In this document: positions 50,333 to 63,258 of the stretch, piece by piece | How the letters are laid out: each line of letters starts with the position of its first letter | Position numbering within the stretch: position 1 is the stretch's first letter | Assembly: GCA_002633005.1 (NCBI GenBank) | Contig: NMRA01000331.1 | Span: 404,267-468,266 of the forward strand | Length of the DNA stretch: 64,000 bases | Direction: 5' to 3' | Source: Phoronis australis | Taxonomy: Eukaryota; Animalia; Phoronida | Translations under genes and position numbers: made by a program | The notes under the pieces: generated by a model | The model's input: only the letters and a program-made list of their open reading frames with translations | The model's database searches: none | What the model was told of the DNA's origin: nothing

Positions 50333-51981
50333 TAACAAGAGCAACACGAAGCGTTGAAATGCACCCACGAATGCACCGCAAATGGTGTGCTTCTAGGCGT
50401 GTTAATTTGTATCATAACAATGGCGACTAGATGACACAAAATACATCGAATCAATCCGAAACAAGGACATATAGTTTCTTAACTGAAAGCTATTTACCAA
50501 ATTTCATAAAAATCTGTCAATGAACTTCAGAGAAACAGAGGAAACAGAAAAGATGAAATTGCCAATAGAGGACACAGTGTTCGCAAGATTAATCAGAAAG
50601 TCATAGTCGTCCATTGTTAACTTCACATACATACACTTGCTAAATTTAATTAAGATCCTGCAGTAAGTTTACGAGATACAGCTATGGGCTCAAAAAAACA
50701 AAACTGTCACTAGGAGGTGCCACAGTAGTCGAAGTCGTTGGAAAATCATTGTCCACCGTCGTCTTCACACTAAGAACATATATACCAATTTTCACAATCA
50801 TCCTAGAGTAGTTCGGTTGATAGAGGGGCGGACGCCACGAAATAGACTCGAAAACAGTAAAAATGGCCACTAGGTGGTGCAAAATACCTCGAATCCGTCC
50901 GAAAAGGGATGATAGCATCATCTCACTCATTGATGCCTATGTGTCAAATTTCCTGATAATGCGTCCATATATAAATATGTGGGCGCATAAAAATCCGTTA
51001 AGGACCTTTGAAGATACAGAGGTAGTAAGATCCGTCCGAAAGTCATATTCCATTGCCAAATTCATATTAATACACGTGCTAAATTTAGTAACGATCCTGC
51101 ATAGTATTAAGAAGATATAGCCATGGAGGCAAAAACTGCCACTAGGAGGTGCCACAGTATTTGAAGTCATCCGTCCTCTTCATAGTAAGTACATGCCAAT
51201 TCTCATAATCATTCTTAGAGTGGTTTGGCTGAAAGAGAGGCGGGCACCAAAACACACTAAAAATAGCCACTAGGTGGCGCAAAATGCCTTGAATCCATCC
51301 GAAAACGAGAGGATAGCGTCATCTCATTAATAGATGCCTATGTGTCAAATTTCACGAAAATCAGTTAAGGACTTTTCAAGATACAGAGGCAAATGTAAAG
51401 AACTAAAATTGCCACAACGGGACACAGCAGTATTTGGGTCCATCCAAAATGCGTCGCCCTCTGTTGTCAACCCCATAGGAACACACCTGCCAAATTTCAA
51501 TAAGATCCTGCATGGTGTTAAGGAGATACAACCATGGACGCAAAAAACAACTGCCACTAGAAGGCGCCATAGTAGTTGAAGTAGTCAGAAAATCGTCGTC
51601 ATCATTCCTCGTCATAGTAAGAACATACATGCCTATTTTCACGACCATTTTTAGGGTAGTGTGGTTAATAAAGGGGCGGACGCCAAAAAACAGACTCGAA
51701 AACAGTAAAAATGGCCACTAGATGGCATAAAATTCCTTGAATCCATTTGAAAACAGGAGGATAGCGTCACCTCATTAATAGAGGCCTATGTACCAAATTT
51801 TATGAAAATCAGTTGACAATCTTTGAAGATATAGAGGCAAACGTAAAAACTAAAATTGCCACTAAGGGGAACGCCATTATTCAGGACGGTCCTGGGGTAT
51901 AAGAGATACAGCCGCGGATGCCAGAAAACCAGACACAAATGACGGCAAATGCACCCACATATAAATAGATGGGTGCATAAA
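50333..51981 (+). mobile_element. Second HINE of the same family, about 10 internal repeats
   Basis: Same 5' module (AACAAGAGCAACACGAAGCGTTGAAATGCACCCA), same three repeat types, and 3' stem-loop ATGCACCCA...TGGGTGCAT. Confidence 0.75.
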
Positions 51982-52264
51982 CAGACTACGCAGATTTCAG
52001 GTGGGCATTTCGCCAGTTCTTCGATTTAGATGTCCTGTTATGAAAACACTATTTGATAGGAAACTGCAGAGAATTTAAGTCAGAAAAACTTGCTATATCC
52101 CATTGGGCACTAAGCCACAATTGATCTAGACAGATATTTTTTGTCAATTAAGTACCAGATTGAAGTTCAGACATCACCTGTTTTCATGATGTATTTTGAC
52201 TGGCAAAATACTCCCGACACAAAGAACTTATTGGGTATTTCAACTAGCAGGCGCCCTGAAGTAA

Positions 52265-52523
52265 CATGCGTACACCCAGCCTAAACATGGGGGTCTCGAA
52301 TTTTGGAGAATGTGGACCTTATACTCTGAGATTCACGGGTACGTTCAAAGCTATAAATAGTGCAATCACTGAATTTTGGTAGTTCTTGCCTTTTTAGTGG
52401 ACCTTTGGCACATTTTTTACTGTTTCAGTGGACTTTTTGTTTCCCTGAGGCACACCTTTTTGTCCACTTTGCCATATGGGAGGCTCATTCGAGCCCTCCA
52501 AGCCACCCCTGGGAGCATGCATG
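52265..52523. mobile_element. MITE of the same CATGCG-TIR family (opposite orientation), 5-bp TSD AGTAA
   Basis: CATGCGTACACCCAG ... CTGGGAGCATGCATG, flanked by AGTAA on both sides; shares the GGCTCGAATGAGCC subterminal motif on the reverse strand. Confidence 0.8.
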
Positions 52524-55500
52524 AGTAAAGACTCATGTGCCTACTGTCGGAGCCAAAATTCTACTGTTTGTAAGGTTTCCCAAACTGAACAGTGTCAGGC
52601 GAGTGTCAAACAAAAGACATGAAAAACAGGGCATAGTTAACTTCAGCTCGCTCTTACCTTACCATAACTACAAAATTAACTTGAACAACTGTGCAATTCA
52701 TTCTATGAACTCCCACTAGTTTTGAATCCATGTCAAAGTCACTGGCTCATTTTCCACTTAAAATAAGTCCCATTTCCGAAAGTATGCCTGGGCTTATGTT
52801 TGGGGAACTAGAAAAGTTAAAAGCATGCCACTTTTCTGAATAATGACCTGGGGAATACTATCATAAATTTCTAGTATAGCTCTGCAACCGTGCCATTTTC
52901 CTTGAAAGAGCGATTTTCCCAATGGCGAAAAACTGATGATACAAAAAATGTTATAGTGAAACAGCTTGAAAGCCTAAAATGTTAGACAAACATTCAGTAA
53001 GACAGAAACGCAAATTCAAAATGGTCATTCATTCAAAAACAATTTATTAAAACTAAACGGACTGTGAACAGCAGTGGACAGACATAAACTTTTTTGTTTT
53101 AAATAAATATTCAATAAACAAACAACTTCTTGCATGAATATTATATTCTTCAATATTACAATTTTATAGAAAAAGATTTCTGACAATTGAATTTATGTTT
53201 TTAACAATTCAATAACGCCTAAAAACGTTATAATTGGTTCTGATCAGTGCCCTACTCATTTCAAAACCTGCGCCACACTGTTGGAAGAAAAAAGCCGACT
53301 ACCCCAATAGTATTTAGTGAAGGTTTTCTTTTTTCAAAAACAGCACCAACGGATCTAAAATTGCATTTACATGGATTTAAAGTCGCATTTACTGGGAGAA
53401 AACTGTCACAGAGCAACTAACATAAAACAGCTGATCGGGCACAAGTGTGTGCATAAACAGGCTGGAAGGCATTAGGTGGCTCTCTCTTTTGAAAATTAGG
53501 AAAATTAAACAATACAGCGTCACCACATCAATATTAAAAATCCACAGGCTAGAACCAATTATGCATTTTTGGATAAAACCCAAAATTATTGAGCATTGTA
53601 TATTTGACTATTGCTTGATATACAAATTTTTTACATAATTACAAGCAAAAGCACATTTAATACCTTATCTTGTGTTTCAGATATTTTCCTAAGACATATT
53701 TCACAGCTCACCAGGTGAACACATGTCAGAATCAGTTACCAAAATTTTACACCGAAAATTGTTGGTGTAAAATTATATATTGCAAAACATATCAAGGATG
53801 TGTCTGGGATAAAGTTAATAGGTAGAGTTCAATATTTTCCATTGCAGACTAAAGAAAAAATACACGTTCTACAGTGACTTATCCAGACATCTGAGAAATT
53901 TAATCTTGAAACACTTCAGTTGTTCTTTCACCATGGCAGCCTCAATAACAGGGCACTTGGATCAGGTTGCATATTGCAAGCTGCACATGCTGTTACCACC
54001 CTCCGCAAAATTGGGGGAAGATATACATTATCATGAAAACGAGTTTGCAATGGACTTCAAGGTCTTTTCAAAATAAGACCATGGAATGTCGCAAATACTA
54101 GATATACCATAAATACTAGAATTCAACCTTCATGTTTTAGTACAGAGTAATAAAAAAACAAGAGTTTTAACTTTTACTACTGGAATATACAAATTCCGTT
54201 TAGAATCCTGAATTTCGTGAATTCAGTCTGATTTTGCAACACTGTAGAAAATCAGGGTCAATGCTGATGATGCACTGAATTTAGCAGAAGCAATCCAATG
54301 ACTTTTGAATTCGCTAGCTCTTGCCAATAGCAAAATCGCCAGTAATGTAAGCAGTTGTCATTAGGGTTACCTTTGCTTATCCTTAGAGGTATCCCAAATC
54401 TGCTAGCAAGGCAAGTTGACACTTTTGTAGCCAAACTGCTTACTTCAAAGAACAAACATGGGCAAGAGAAAGGGGGCCTGTGTTTATTGTTGACTAAATG
54501 AGTATTTGCACACAATGAATGTACTTTTACACCTTTCCTCTGGTGACAGGAGGTGTGATAACTACTGCAATTAACTGCTGGAAAATGCCCCCCCCCCCTG
54601 GGAATAATGCTAGTGTTGTTGCCACTTGTGTGAACTTAGTACAACTTACATGACAACAAGGGAAGTGCAAGGATGTACATTGCCTTTTCTGCATCATTAC
54701 ATCAGAAGCTAGGCTTGATGGACCTTGTATGGTTTGAGTGTAGAACAGTCCCTCAATCCTGACCAGCTTGACAACTGGACAATGCCAGAGGGCATAGGTA
54801 CCAGAACAAACTCAGTTATCAGAAGTAACACACAAACCTCATTATATGGCCATTAATAAGCAGTAAAGCTGCCAAATACAGCAAGTGCTCTGTTGTTGCA
54901 GTGTATCTATGTGGACTGGTAGATTGTGTTTGAACTAGGATTTGATAGCCTGTGTATTACAAACAGGTGACATAAAAGTGGTAGCTGAGACATGTAAACT
55001 ACAGAAATGCTCTTCTAATAGTAGACATTGATAATATTGATGACAGTAGAAGAGTTTAGAGAATTTAAAGAGTTCCCACCATGCATTTTCTTAGTTTTTG
55101 ATGTCTCACTTAGCTAATATATGAAAACAATACCATAAAATCTACAAAATAAGCACTTATTATGCAAAATAGCCACATTTTTTTCAATTTTGAAAAAAAT
55201 AGTTATTTCCAAGTTTCCTGACAAATGATGTAATGGGTGGAAGACGTTTGGTCACTTAACAATCAATTGCAATGGTGGAACACAGCAGATCAGAAGACGA
55301 GGAAGATTTTTAGCAAGAACTTGACAATTATTAAGCAGACCAAAGAACTATTTTACTTCAGCCATTCAACAAGTACTTGAAGAATTAGACAATGAATTCG
55401 ATTTCCCACTTAGCAAACTTTCGTGGGCTTTGAGGCCGTATGAACTCGACCTACTTGCACAAAAAATGCTGCTGACATATGAGACCCACAACCAACTGAA

Positions 55501-56699
55501 CCAAGGGGTGGTCAACCTTCACAAAATAGACACTTAATAATCACAGATGACAAAGGCCACAGTAAATTTGGGTCATTCTGTATTCACTATTGCCTTGACG
55601 GAATGAGCATAGTCTAAACACATTGCATAAGCCTACGTGCCACTCAAACTGGGCTGGTTCGAGGGCTCGCCCTAGAATGGAAACAGTTCATTATTTATAA
55701 AATTTGCAAACACAAAAGGTGAAGAGACCAGCCGTTTTTGTGTTTGGTCCAAACACGATTCCTTGAAATGTGATGCCTACCGACTGAATTGCATGTTCCA
55801 CATGCGGCACACAAACAGATGCCACCCATTACGCACAACCCAGATAACAGAAAAATATATTAATTTTTTGGCTTGTTTCTTAGCAACAGGTATACTAAAA
55901 TCTATTAAATCTGCTAAGATATATTAATAAATTCCTTTTTGAGACACAGGGTCATGGTGGGAACTCTTTTAATTTTAGAATACTAAAACTCTGATGAATG
56001 TGATTTTTCACAATATACCACACTGCTCTGAGTTAAGGCTCAGGTGGCTCACACTAAAAATTATTCAATTTAGGAGAAAAATCACTGCTAAAATTGCCAT
56101 ATTTTGATTCTTCACAAGATTACCACATTGCTGCAAATGCTCAATTTACTAAAAGGTGTTTAGTAATAGCTAAGCCATACAAACCATGTTAAAAGCAAAA
56201 AAAGTAAATTTTCTTGAAAAACTATTTTACTTGAGCCATTCAACAAAATGAAATTTCACCTGTCTACCATGGTGTGTCACAAACTGAAAAAATGTTTGCC
56301 ATAAATGGGGAAAATAAAAAATCAGGCTGTAGCATTAAGCCGAGAATGTGAAGTCAGGACAGACATAGTCATCTTAACCATGGATCCACTGAAGAAAATG
56401 CCTGAACCATCTTTTACACATGAGCACGATAACCTTAGAAAGAGCAGGAGCCATAACAACCATTTCACATCTGCTTCAACTGCATCTATATCCTATCCGA
56501 ATTTACCTCTCAATTTACCTGTCACAGACAGGATCATTGGTGATATTCTGGTGCATTAATCCCCTCCCCAGACCATTACCCTGACAGCAGAAGGCCCAAA
56601 ACTCCAAGGCTGACCTTGCTTATAAGTATCTGGTTCGAGGACACACAGTCACAGCTCTTGTTGTGACTTTAGCAGCATGGCCCTATGCAATATCAGCCA

Positions 56700-58030
56700 T
56701 GAGCAGCTGGCTAAGATCAGCTGGCTAGGATCCTTGAACTCAAGTCAGTTGGGAGGAAGTCTGCTGAAGACATGTTGATCAGCCAGCAACTAAACATCAG
56801 ATGAGTGTAAGCAGAGGGGTCGGTTGGTGGTGCATGAACCAGCAACGTAATCTGCCCGCTCATTAATCAAGATACCAGTTTGGCCAGGTATTAAACACCA
56901 GATCACAGTATGATGAGGGTGGGGTGATTGGAAGACACCCAAGTTGGCTAGATTTCCAGACTGACCTTTCAACAAAACCCAAACAGAATCAGTGGCTAGC
57001 ATGATGGTTCCAATATCCAGGTCTAGTTGTGACAGCTTGTTTTAGGGCACATTGTATAGCCTCAAACACCATCCATGTACTACTTGTGTGTACAATGGTG
57101 GCAACCACTGTCTAGACAATGACATTGTCAGCAAAAAGTATTTGGCAACCCCATCCAGAAGGGTTAGTTGCAGCATCAAAGGATCCATCTGTTGCTATTA
57201 TGATGCCATCAACACTGCCAAGGTCACACCATCACAATGCTTGGGGCTACTCCAGGGGGTCATTCCGCTTCCATGTTGAAAGTGATTGTGACATTCAGTC
57301 TCTCATCAAGTTCTTGTTCTAGCAACCAAGCAGCATCCTGTGCAATCATGTGGTCACCAATGAGGTTCAGGTTTACAGCAGCGGCAGTTCACGAGCACCT
57401 GCTAAGTATTTGGTTGAATGCACAGCGAAAAGATCTGGAGCACAGTCGATAGGCTGCTATTGCAGGGACAGGGTTCAAGCATCTGTTGAGCAGTCTTCAC
57501 TTCACTGTGTAATGGTTGGAAAGGGCTTTGAACAGCCTTGGCTACAGTAATACCTTGTAGAAGAGACTGTCTCCAATGCTGGGAACACCGACAAGGTACC
57601 GTAATGTTGATTCTGAAGTCAACCTTGTATATCCAGTGATAACAAAAAGACCCATGTGAGTCTCTCAAGCCTGTTGCTTTGATTTTTACTGTTGTTGATC
57701 ACTGGGAGACCGTAGCCAAAGACAGAAATGACGAGGGCTTTATAAAGCATTAACAGGAATCTTTCCTTCACCTTCCTGTCCGAATGTGACGAGACGCTGT
57801 TGAAACTGATTGTTCGTTATCCAAAAGTTAGAGAGTTGGAATGAAGATTCTTGTCAGACAGGTGTTCACAAAGACACCAATTTTTAGGTCTCCATTAGGA
57901 ATGGTTGCTAAGCCGGGCACGAGTGTTTGCAAGTGACAATCTGTAATTTTCAGCAGGGCAGTGGTCGTTCTAAGGGTAATTTTCCTCATCAAAGAATTTC
58001 CAAGTCCATAATATCAAACACATTCATTCA
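56700..58030 (-). mobile_element. Highly decayed RNase H-bearing non-LTR retrotransposon (I/Nimb/Ingi-like)
   Basis: Fragmentary motifs LGVFVNTCL, LLMLYKALVISVFGYG, GLFRCALN-like, and RNase H TDS...IPGQTGILINERADYVA; many stops and frameshifts. Confidence 0.6.
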
Positions 58031-59763
58031 CACTTGTTCATAACGAAAACAGTGTTGCTTCAGAATCTAGGGTGTGGGCCAAAAGTATTGTATTTTCAGT
58101 ATCGTAAATTGAGAAATATTTTACTGAAGTCAGGTACATTTTCTTTAAGATATATTATAGTTTAAAGAAACAAGCAACTTTCTTTATTAAGCACCATGGG
58201 AACAAAAGTAAACCAAGATGCTTTTCAGGTTGACAGAAGTTACAGTTTGTAATAGTTATTTTACACATGGTTATTCTTTATTAGATCCAAAATCAAACTT
58301 CAAAACTCCAATACAGTGACCTAACTGGTCACATTTCCTTAACCAGGCCAGAGGGTCTTACATAAAATAGCAATGATGCCCAAGCGGCCAAAACATGCCA
58401 AGGAACACAACTGGAAATGCAAGCCATATGATCAATCAACTTTAACACAGCCTCAGCACTTCAGCACCATCAGACAGATCACAGAATGTACAACCACGAC
58501 ACTTATGATTAACAGGGCAACACAGGTATGTTCCACGCACACGTACACCTGTGTCTAATGTTCGCCTTGTCTTGGGGAAACTGACAGTGTTCAAACTGAG
58601 ACATTCCTGTTGTTGATCAAGGCAGTAGATCTTTTGCCTGCAGGGGTAGATTGGTTTTCATATAGAAGTAAATTAGTAGTAAGCAATTTGGATTGTGAGA
58701 CCATCCCTTACAACAACATTTTGAAAGGCTCCATAAAAGGTTAAGAACATGAGCCAGTGAAGTTTGAAACAAACAGGTTCATCCCAGTTGAGTTTGAAAG
58801 GCATACAGCCATGAAAATTTGATTTGTAATTTTCGAGTAAGAAAATATTGTTAAAACTTATACTAAAATTGTGTGCTTATGAACGACATAACTACAGAAC
58901 AACACCTAAAATTGATAACTGTGGCATCTCTCAATAAATGGTTTTCTAGTCACAGAATGAAAAATAGCCCTCCCTCGCAGATAGCATAACCTTAGCAAAA
59001 GTCTAAATGCACAAATAAAAAGTCACTGAGAATACAAACATATAAACCTGACTTACTACAACCTACAATCAGCTAAATGTGTTATTTAATTTGTCCACGG
59101 AACAAAATTCACCTCTCCAAAAGATGTAAACAGAGCAAAAGGTTTGTCTAACATTCCCTAAAGTCAAAACAACCCAACAGGTTTAATTGTTGACATTTGT
59201 AGCTTATTATTGGCCATGGATTTTACAAAAGTACAAAATGTCATTGACCTGAATAAGGTCTCGGCATAACCCACATTTATTCATGAGACTTTTACCATTG
59301 GATAAATAGCTGGTCTATTCAGTTATAGTGATGCGTTGTCATGTGCAAAGCTACACACTACTCACATGTTCACTGAAGTAATCGGACTTGCTTGCAATAC
59401 CAAGGCTCGTGAAACAGGGATGGAGAACAAGTAGTCCCAACTGGAGTTTCATGTGATTTTCTCCACCTTATGAAAATCCAGTGATTTTCCACGCAATTCA
59501 TATTCCAAGCACCGTCAGTGCAAACAGCTAAAAATAACTGTTTTTGAGACTAATAATCTCAAGTTTTCATAATGAACAGGAAAATGTGCTTCATCCCACT
59601 TACTACCTCCTTGAATTTTCACTACGGACAAAAAACAACATTATTTCAAAGTTTAAAGAAAATTTTGAGATCTCATTGAACAGTGTGCTTGCTAATCACT
59701 AGATGTATTGATGGCAGGTCCATTTTTGCACTACAATCGACCGATTGGGTATTCTGCCGTCTA

Positions 59764-60165
59764 AAGTGTCGACCACAAACTGACTTACTCTAGAACAAGC
59801 TACTCCTGGAACGAGTTGTTGCTAGGTTTGAGTGTCATCTAGATGCTACTTAAATTAATACAACTTACCCCACTAGTAACAAATTACTCCACATAATCGA
59901 GATGGGGCAACTTGTTCTAGGGTAACTTGTGCCACTTTTAATCGCAAAAGTGGGGTACAGCGGAAGGAATTATCAGCTACGATTACATACATACGGCCCT
60001 CTTTTGCACACCTTACTCGCATTAGGTGTTCATTGTCACGCACAGAGCAACAACTTCTGCATTACCTTAGTTATCAGATATGTGTGTATGGACGCTCCAC
60101 TTAAAAGTGGAGTAACTTGCACAAGTGCAAGTTGTTCTAGGGTAGGCTGTGTGTGGACTGGACTT
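59764..60165. mobile_element. MITE with ~34-bp imperfect TIRs and internal TAC(T/C)CTAGAACAA repeats (Harbinger-like)
   Basis: AAGTGTCGACCACAAACTGACTTACTCTAGAACAA versus the reverse complement of TTGTTCTAGGGTAGGCTGTGTGTGGACTGGACTT. Confidence 0.6.
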
Positions 60166-60310
60166 AAATATACTTATTCATCTTACTTTATTGGTAAGTG
60201 CTATGTAAGAAAGTGCAATTGCTGCCACTACAGTCACATACTTAATAGCATTTTTATTATGTTCACTGAACATCCAAAGTTGCTTTTTCATTAGGGGAAC
60301 TTCGGTTTAC

Positions 60311-60542
60311 CAAAGCTTTGCCAAAACTTCGCTTGCCTTTCCCAATAGACAATAACATTGAAGTTATTGCTAGACACCAGAGTAAAAACCTGACTGTCCA
60401 TTTCATTACTACTCTCAAATGAATATTGAGAGGTAGGTTGGAGACAAACTGAAAATTGATCTCCCTGATGATCTTCATCGGATGTGTATTCTCTAGCAGG
60501 ACTGTCTTCACTCAAACTTTGCTTTGAGCTTTCCCACAACAT
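60311..60542 (-). CDS. Candidate alternative first coding exon of the spectraplakin (77 aa, MLWESSKQSLSEDSPARE...YWERQAKFWQSF)
   Basis: ATG-initiated Ser/acidic ORF with a phase-1 donor TTG|gtaaac compatible with the DERD exon. The donor is only moderately strong. Confidence 0.3.
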
Positions 60543-60999
60543 TTAAGTTTTAGTGAGTACTGAAGCTTGGGTTTAAATCCTACTATATTCAGCAAAGTTT
60601 TGCTTGCAGTTTATCTACAGGAGCTAACCTTTCCCACTTTCCCACTTTCCAAAATTTTGTTAACAACAAAGCTTCACCTCTGGTGGGAAATCACTGCAAC
60701 CCTATCCGTATATAGCATGCTAAATAGGAGTTGCCTTGATGGAAGTATTATCAAATTTCTTATCAATTTCAGCATTTAGCCAACTAGTAACATTCACAAA
60801 GCATTTACAAATGTATGCACTCATTACCACAAGAAACTGCATGAAGTTGTCTTTAACTCCAACATTATCATACACCGCAAGATCTTAAATCCCAACACGG
60901 ACAGGGGTGTCCGGGATTGCTATATTCCCAGAGTTGATGTGATGCCAGTATCAATCATTAGTACACAAATGTGACAATAATCATTTTTCTAAATCCTAC

Positions 61000-61066
61000 C
61001 TGCCGACTTCATTCGACTTTGCTCGTAGGGAAACAATTCTTCCATTTCAGCACTGGTGAAATCCAT
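61000..61066 (-). CDS. MACF1: Spectraplakin probable first coding exon (MDFTSAEMEELFPYEQSRMKSA + phase-1 G)
   Basis: ATG at 61066, in-frame TAG about 19 codons upstream, donor CAG|gtagga. Phase 1 matches the next exon (G+AT = Asp). YEQSRMKSA-DERD resembles the residues preceding CH1 in spectrin-family proteins. Confidence 0.7.
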
Positions 61067-62114
61067 TGATGGGTATTGAAAGATAACTATCCGAAATGTA
61101 AACAGAAATAAAAACGTTTCCTAAGGCAGAGAAGAAAATTTCAACTAGATTGTTTCCACAACCCCGATCATCTCTTAATAGCAGTGCGAGACTAAATCTT
61201 TCCTTCCCCCAGAGTGGGCGTGTGGCTAAGTATCCACAAGTGAGTAACTTCCTTTGTGGAGACCCAGAGACTTAATGGCTCACTGGTTGACTGTTCACCC
61301 ACACCTTCACTGCAGATTTCACCAGTGACCAGACAGTTTGGGTCACAGAGCTGGGGAGAACTGGCTCTGACCAATAGCTGACAACCGTGGAAAGGTCAGA
61401 GGTCACCAGCTGTCTGAGTTGGTGAAAACAAACTAAACATCAAACACAGCTAGGCACAGGGGTGATCAGTTATAGCTTGATACCAGCAATAAATAGAACT
61501 AACACAAGTCAGGACTGTAAGTACACATGTGAAAAATAATTCTTCAAATGGCAAGTAGTCAGTACAGTTATTCAGTAATAATCCCATGATAAGGCTTGAC
61601 CAGAAATGGTCTATAGATACTGACAAATTGGATAACAATTTTCCCTGCTTCTTTTATCACTCTTTTCAATTCGTTAATACTTGTCTTCAATCCATTAATA
61701 CTTCTAAGCCACTATACACCAGTCTGCATCCCACAATACCATTAAGTTTTCACAATGTAGAAGTGTTTTTCACAACTGCAACCAGTCACTATATCAATTC
61801 CTGAAATCAGATGTGCCAGCTGCCAGTAGTCATTGTTCCATTTCTATCCCTGTTTTGAAAGTAAACAATGGGCTGTGAAAGTAGTCATTGACAGAGGTAT
61901 ATCAATAACACCATAACACCTCCAATACTTGACTTGTAAAAAATATGCAAAATTACGCACTCATTCATCACCTACAAAGTATGTGACCAATTTTGATTCA
62001 GACGTGTGTTATGAGTACTTTATACCACAATATCAGCCTCGAATGGCCAATACAACCGTTAAACCAACCCATTTAGTTATCTAACGGCGTTAAATAACAT
62101 TTTGGCACGAAACC

Positions 62115-62183
62115 GAGGCCGGTTTCGAACCCGGTCAGCAAGAATTTCGGGCTGCCGACTTTACCACTGCATCACTCAGTGGC
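62115..62183 (-). pseudogene. tRNA-like sequence (tRNA pseudogene or tRNA-derived SINE head)
   Basis: A-box TGATGCAGTGG, B-box GGTTCGAAACC within the T-stem CCGG/CCGG; the acceptor stem does not pair. Confidence 0.55.
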
Positions 62184-62797
62184 TGACGTCATCGAACATG
62201 AAATACTTAAATGAGCACGCGCAACAATCGCATGTTCAACAAACGGCATTGTACTGACATTTATACGCTATGAAAAATAAGACGCAACATTTCAATAAAA
62301 ACATCTTTAATTCAGTAAAATTTGTCTTGTCATTTTCTCTCTTTTGTAAATAATGGATCTCCAGTTTGAATGCGAGTAACATGTGGTCAGGATGCTTTGA
62401 CTTGGACATAAAACTCAGTAACCAGTAGTAACCTATTTTAGCAGATCGATATTTTCACAGGGAAGCTTAGCATAAGATTTGTAGTAAGCTAGCGTAGTTG
62501 CTTTTACAGGTTCACTTTAGTTCTATTTTGGTTCAATTATTATTAGGTTTTAAGTAAAAACATCATTTTAACAAGAAAAACTCGCCGTTTCTTGAAAGGT
62601 CACGACCCCCCGACCTTAGGCCTCCGACATAGAAAGTAATTACAAATGCTGAGGCAAGTCGAGAAAGGTAGATCGATTCATTGCAATGTTTTTCGTTCAG
62701 TATGTGGTATAAATAGAAACACCTCTCGAGCGATAATTCTCCAAAAATCTAAGAGGGCTCTACATTGTGGGGGATAATGACTTCGCCATGTAATAAT

Positions 62798-62964
62798 CTG
62801 TAAACGTTTGGTTTAACGCCCATGCTCAGTTAACCGCCCACACCCTACTTTAGGTGGATTTTTGATTTAACCGCCCACTGCTCGGTTAACCGCCCATCTG
62901 CGATTTTTGAAGATTTCCAGTTAAGCGCCCACCTCTCGGTTAAGCGCCCATCCCCGACTTTTAA
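62798..62964 (-). mobile_element. Inverted copy of the right end of the 29078-31289 element, interrupted at TTAA by a Kolobok end
   Basis: Near-identical reverse complement of about 31122-31289. Confidence 0.85.
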
Positions 62965-63258
62965 AGGAGAATGCCACCCAAAAAAACAACCTATTTTGTA
63001 TCAATTTAGATCAAGTAGTTCTACTCGATAACGGCAGGTTCGGTTGGGCTATCTGACACCTGACGGCAGACGGAGGTGTTGAAGTTACCCAATGACGTAA
63101 TTGGTTTCACACACAGTCTGTTCAGCAGTTCACAACACGGGTTAATGGTGTCAGCTTATCGCTTGAATTCATCATTTAACACCAAAAAATCATCAAACAT
63201 CGATATAAAAGCCTTAAAAATACACTGAGTTCTTATAAAAACGTGTTGTTTTATTTCG
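62965..63258 (-). mobile_element. Terminal fragment of the same Kolobok family
   Basis: TTAA|AGGAGAATGCCACCC...; reverse complement of about 48625-48920. Confidence 0.85.

Larger units (their letters stand above)
16313..61066 (-). other. MACF1: 5' portion of a spectraplakin gene (MACF1/dystonin/plectin/Shot family); probably continues left of the window
   Basis: Spliced exons give [130 protein letters not shown]. This is a full CH1 domain with plakin/spectraplakin-type signatures ([42 protein letters not shown]). Confidence 0.88.

Noticed and set aside
62115-62183. Functional tRNA gene
   Set aside because: The acceptor stem does not pair, so it is reported only as tRNA-like.
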